A stretch of 7,344 nt of DNA from IMG/VR virus record IMGVR_UViG_2602041568_000002. The stretch is one strand, 5' to 3'. Source of the stretch: a virus. Taxonomy: Duplodnaviria > Heunggongvirae > Uroviricota > Caudoviricetes. Positions within the stretch are counted from its first letter, which is position 1, and every line of letters begins with the position of its first letter. Positions 7,097 to 7,344 of the stretch are shown one piece after another. The notes below the pieces were generated by a model. The model ran no database searches. It worked only from the letters and a program-made list of their open reading frames with translations, and had not been told where the DNA came from. The position numbers and the translations under genes are program-made.

Positions 7097-7143
7097 NNNN
7101 NNNNNNNNNNNNNNNNNNNNNNNNNNNNNNNNNNNNNNNNNNN
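7097..7143. other. Run of 47 N (assembly or scaffold gap, or masked bases)
   Basis: Direct observation: 47 consecutive n characters. Confidence 1.
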
Positions 7144-7344
7144 GCGGTCCGTTTTTTCGTCTCGTCGCTGGCAGCCTCCGGCCAGAGCACATCCTCATAA
7201 CGGAACGTGCCGGACTTGTAGAACGTCAGCGTGGTGCTGGTCTGGTCAGCAGCAACCGCAAGAATGCCAACGGCAGCACCGTCGGTGGTGCCATCCCACG
7301 CAACCAGCTTACGGGTGGAGGTGTCCAGCATCAGCGGGGTCATT
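7144..7344 (-). CDS. D: Head decoration protein gpD, partial: N-terminus beyond the window end, last ~10 codons lost in the N gap
   Basis: Frame reads ..[66 protein letters not shown] before hitting the Ns, recognised as residues ~35-100 of lambda gpD. The ATG at 7343..7341 is an internal Met, not the true start. Confidence 0.9.

Noticed and set aside
7144-7198. N-terminal 18 codons of the track ORF 6218..7198 ([18 protein letters not shown])
   Set aside because: This is the 3' part of D read in the wrong frame and joined to E through the Ns. The real E N-terminus is missing in the gap.
7062-7343. 93-aa ORF spanning the N gap, starting MTPLML
   Set aside because: Not an independent gene. 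It is an internal fragment of D (the Met is about residue 35) artificially joined through the Ns to unrelated downstream sequence.
1-7344. Possibility of a defence island, toxin-antitoxin pair, CRISPR array, tRNA or IS element
   Set aside because: No candidate sequence exists. The window is fully occupied by recognisable, tightly spaced structural genes on one strand, and I saw no direct-repeat/spacer periodicity, tRNA-like cloverleaf region or terminal inverted repeats.

Overview
The window is a co-linear block of the phage lambda (or a very close lambdoid prophage) virion morphogenesis operon, entirely encoded on the minus strand. Reading 5'->3' on the minus strand, i.e. from high to low coordinates, the order is: D (partial) - assembly gap - E (5'-truncated by the gap) - FI - FII - Z - U - V - G - T (made as a G-T frameshift fusion) - H (tape measure) - M (partial, runs off the window start). 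Protein identifications rest on my recognition of the translated ORFs as lambda gene products, their expected lengths and the conserved lambda gene order. No database search was run. I found no RNA genes, CRISPR arrays, IS elements or integrase, and no inserted accessory (moron) gene. Essentially every base is accounted for by tightly packed, co-directional late structural genes, so I see no evidence of a novel system here. The points worth a second look are: (1) a 47-N gap that removes the 3' end of D, the D-E intergenic region and the first ~49 codons of E, and is too short for what should be missing; (2) the G-T programmed -1 frameshift site, intact; (3) a perfect UUCG-tetraloop hairpin in the E-FI intergenic region; (4) localised divergence from lambda, as I recall it, in the C-terminal part of H and the central linker of FI. 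All plus-strand ORFs in the track are antisense to recognised genes and are rejected. Coordinates of small motifs were counted by hand against ORF boundaries and may be off by 1 nt.
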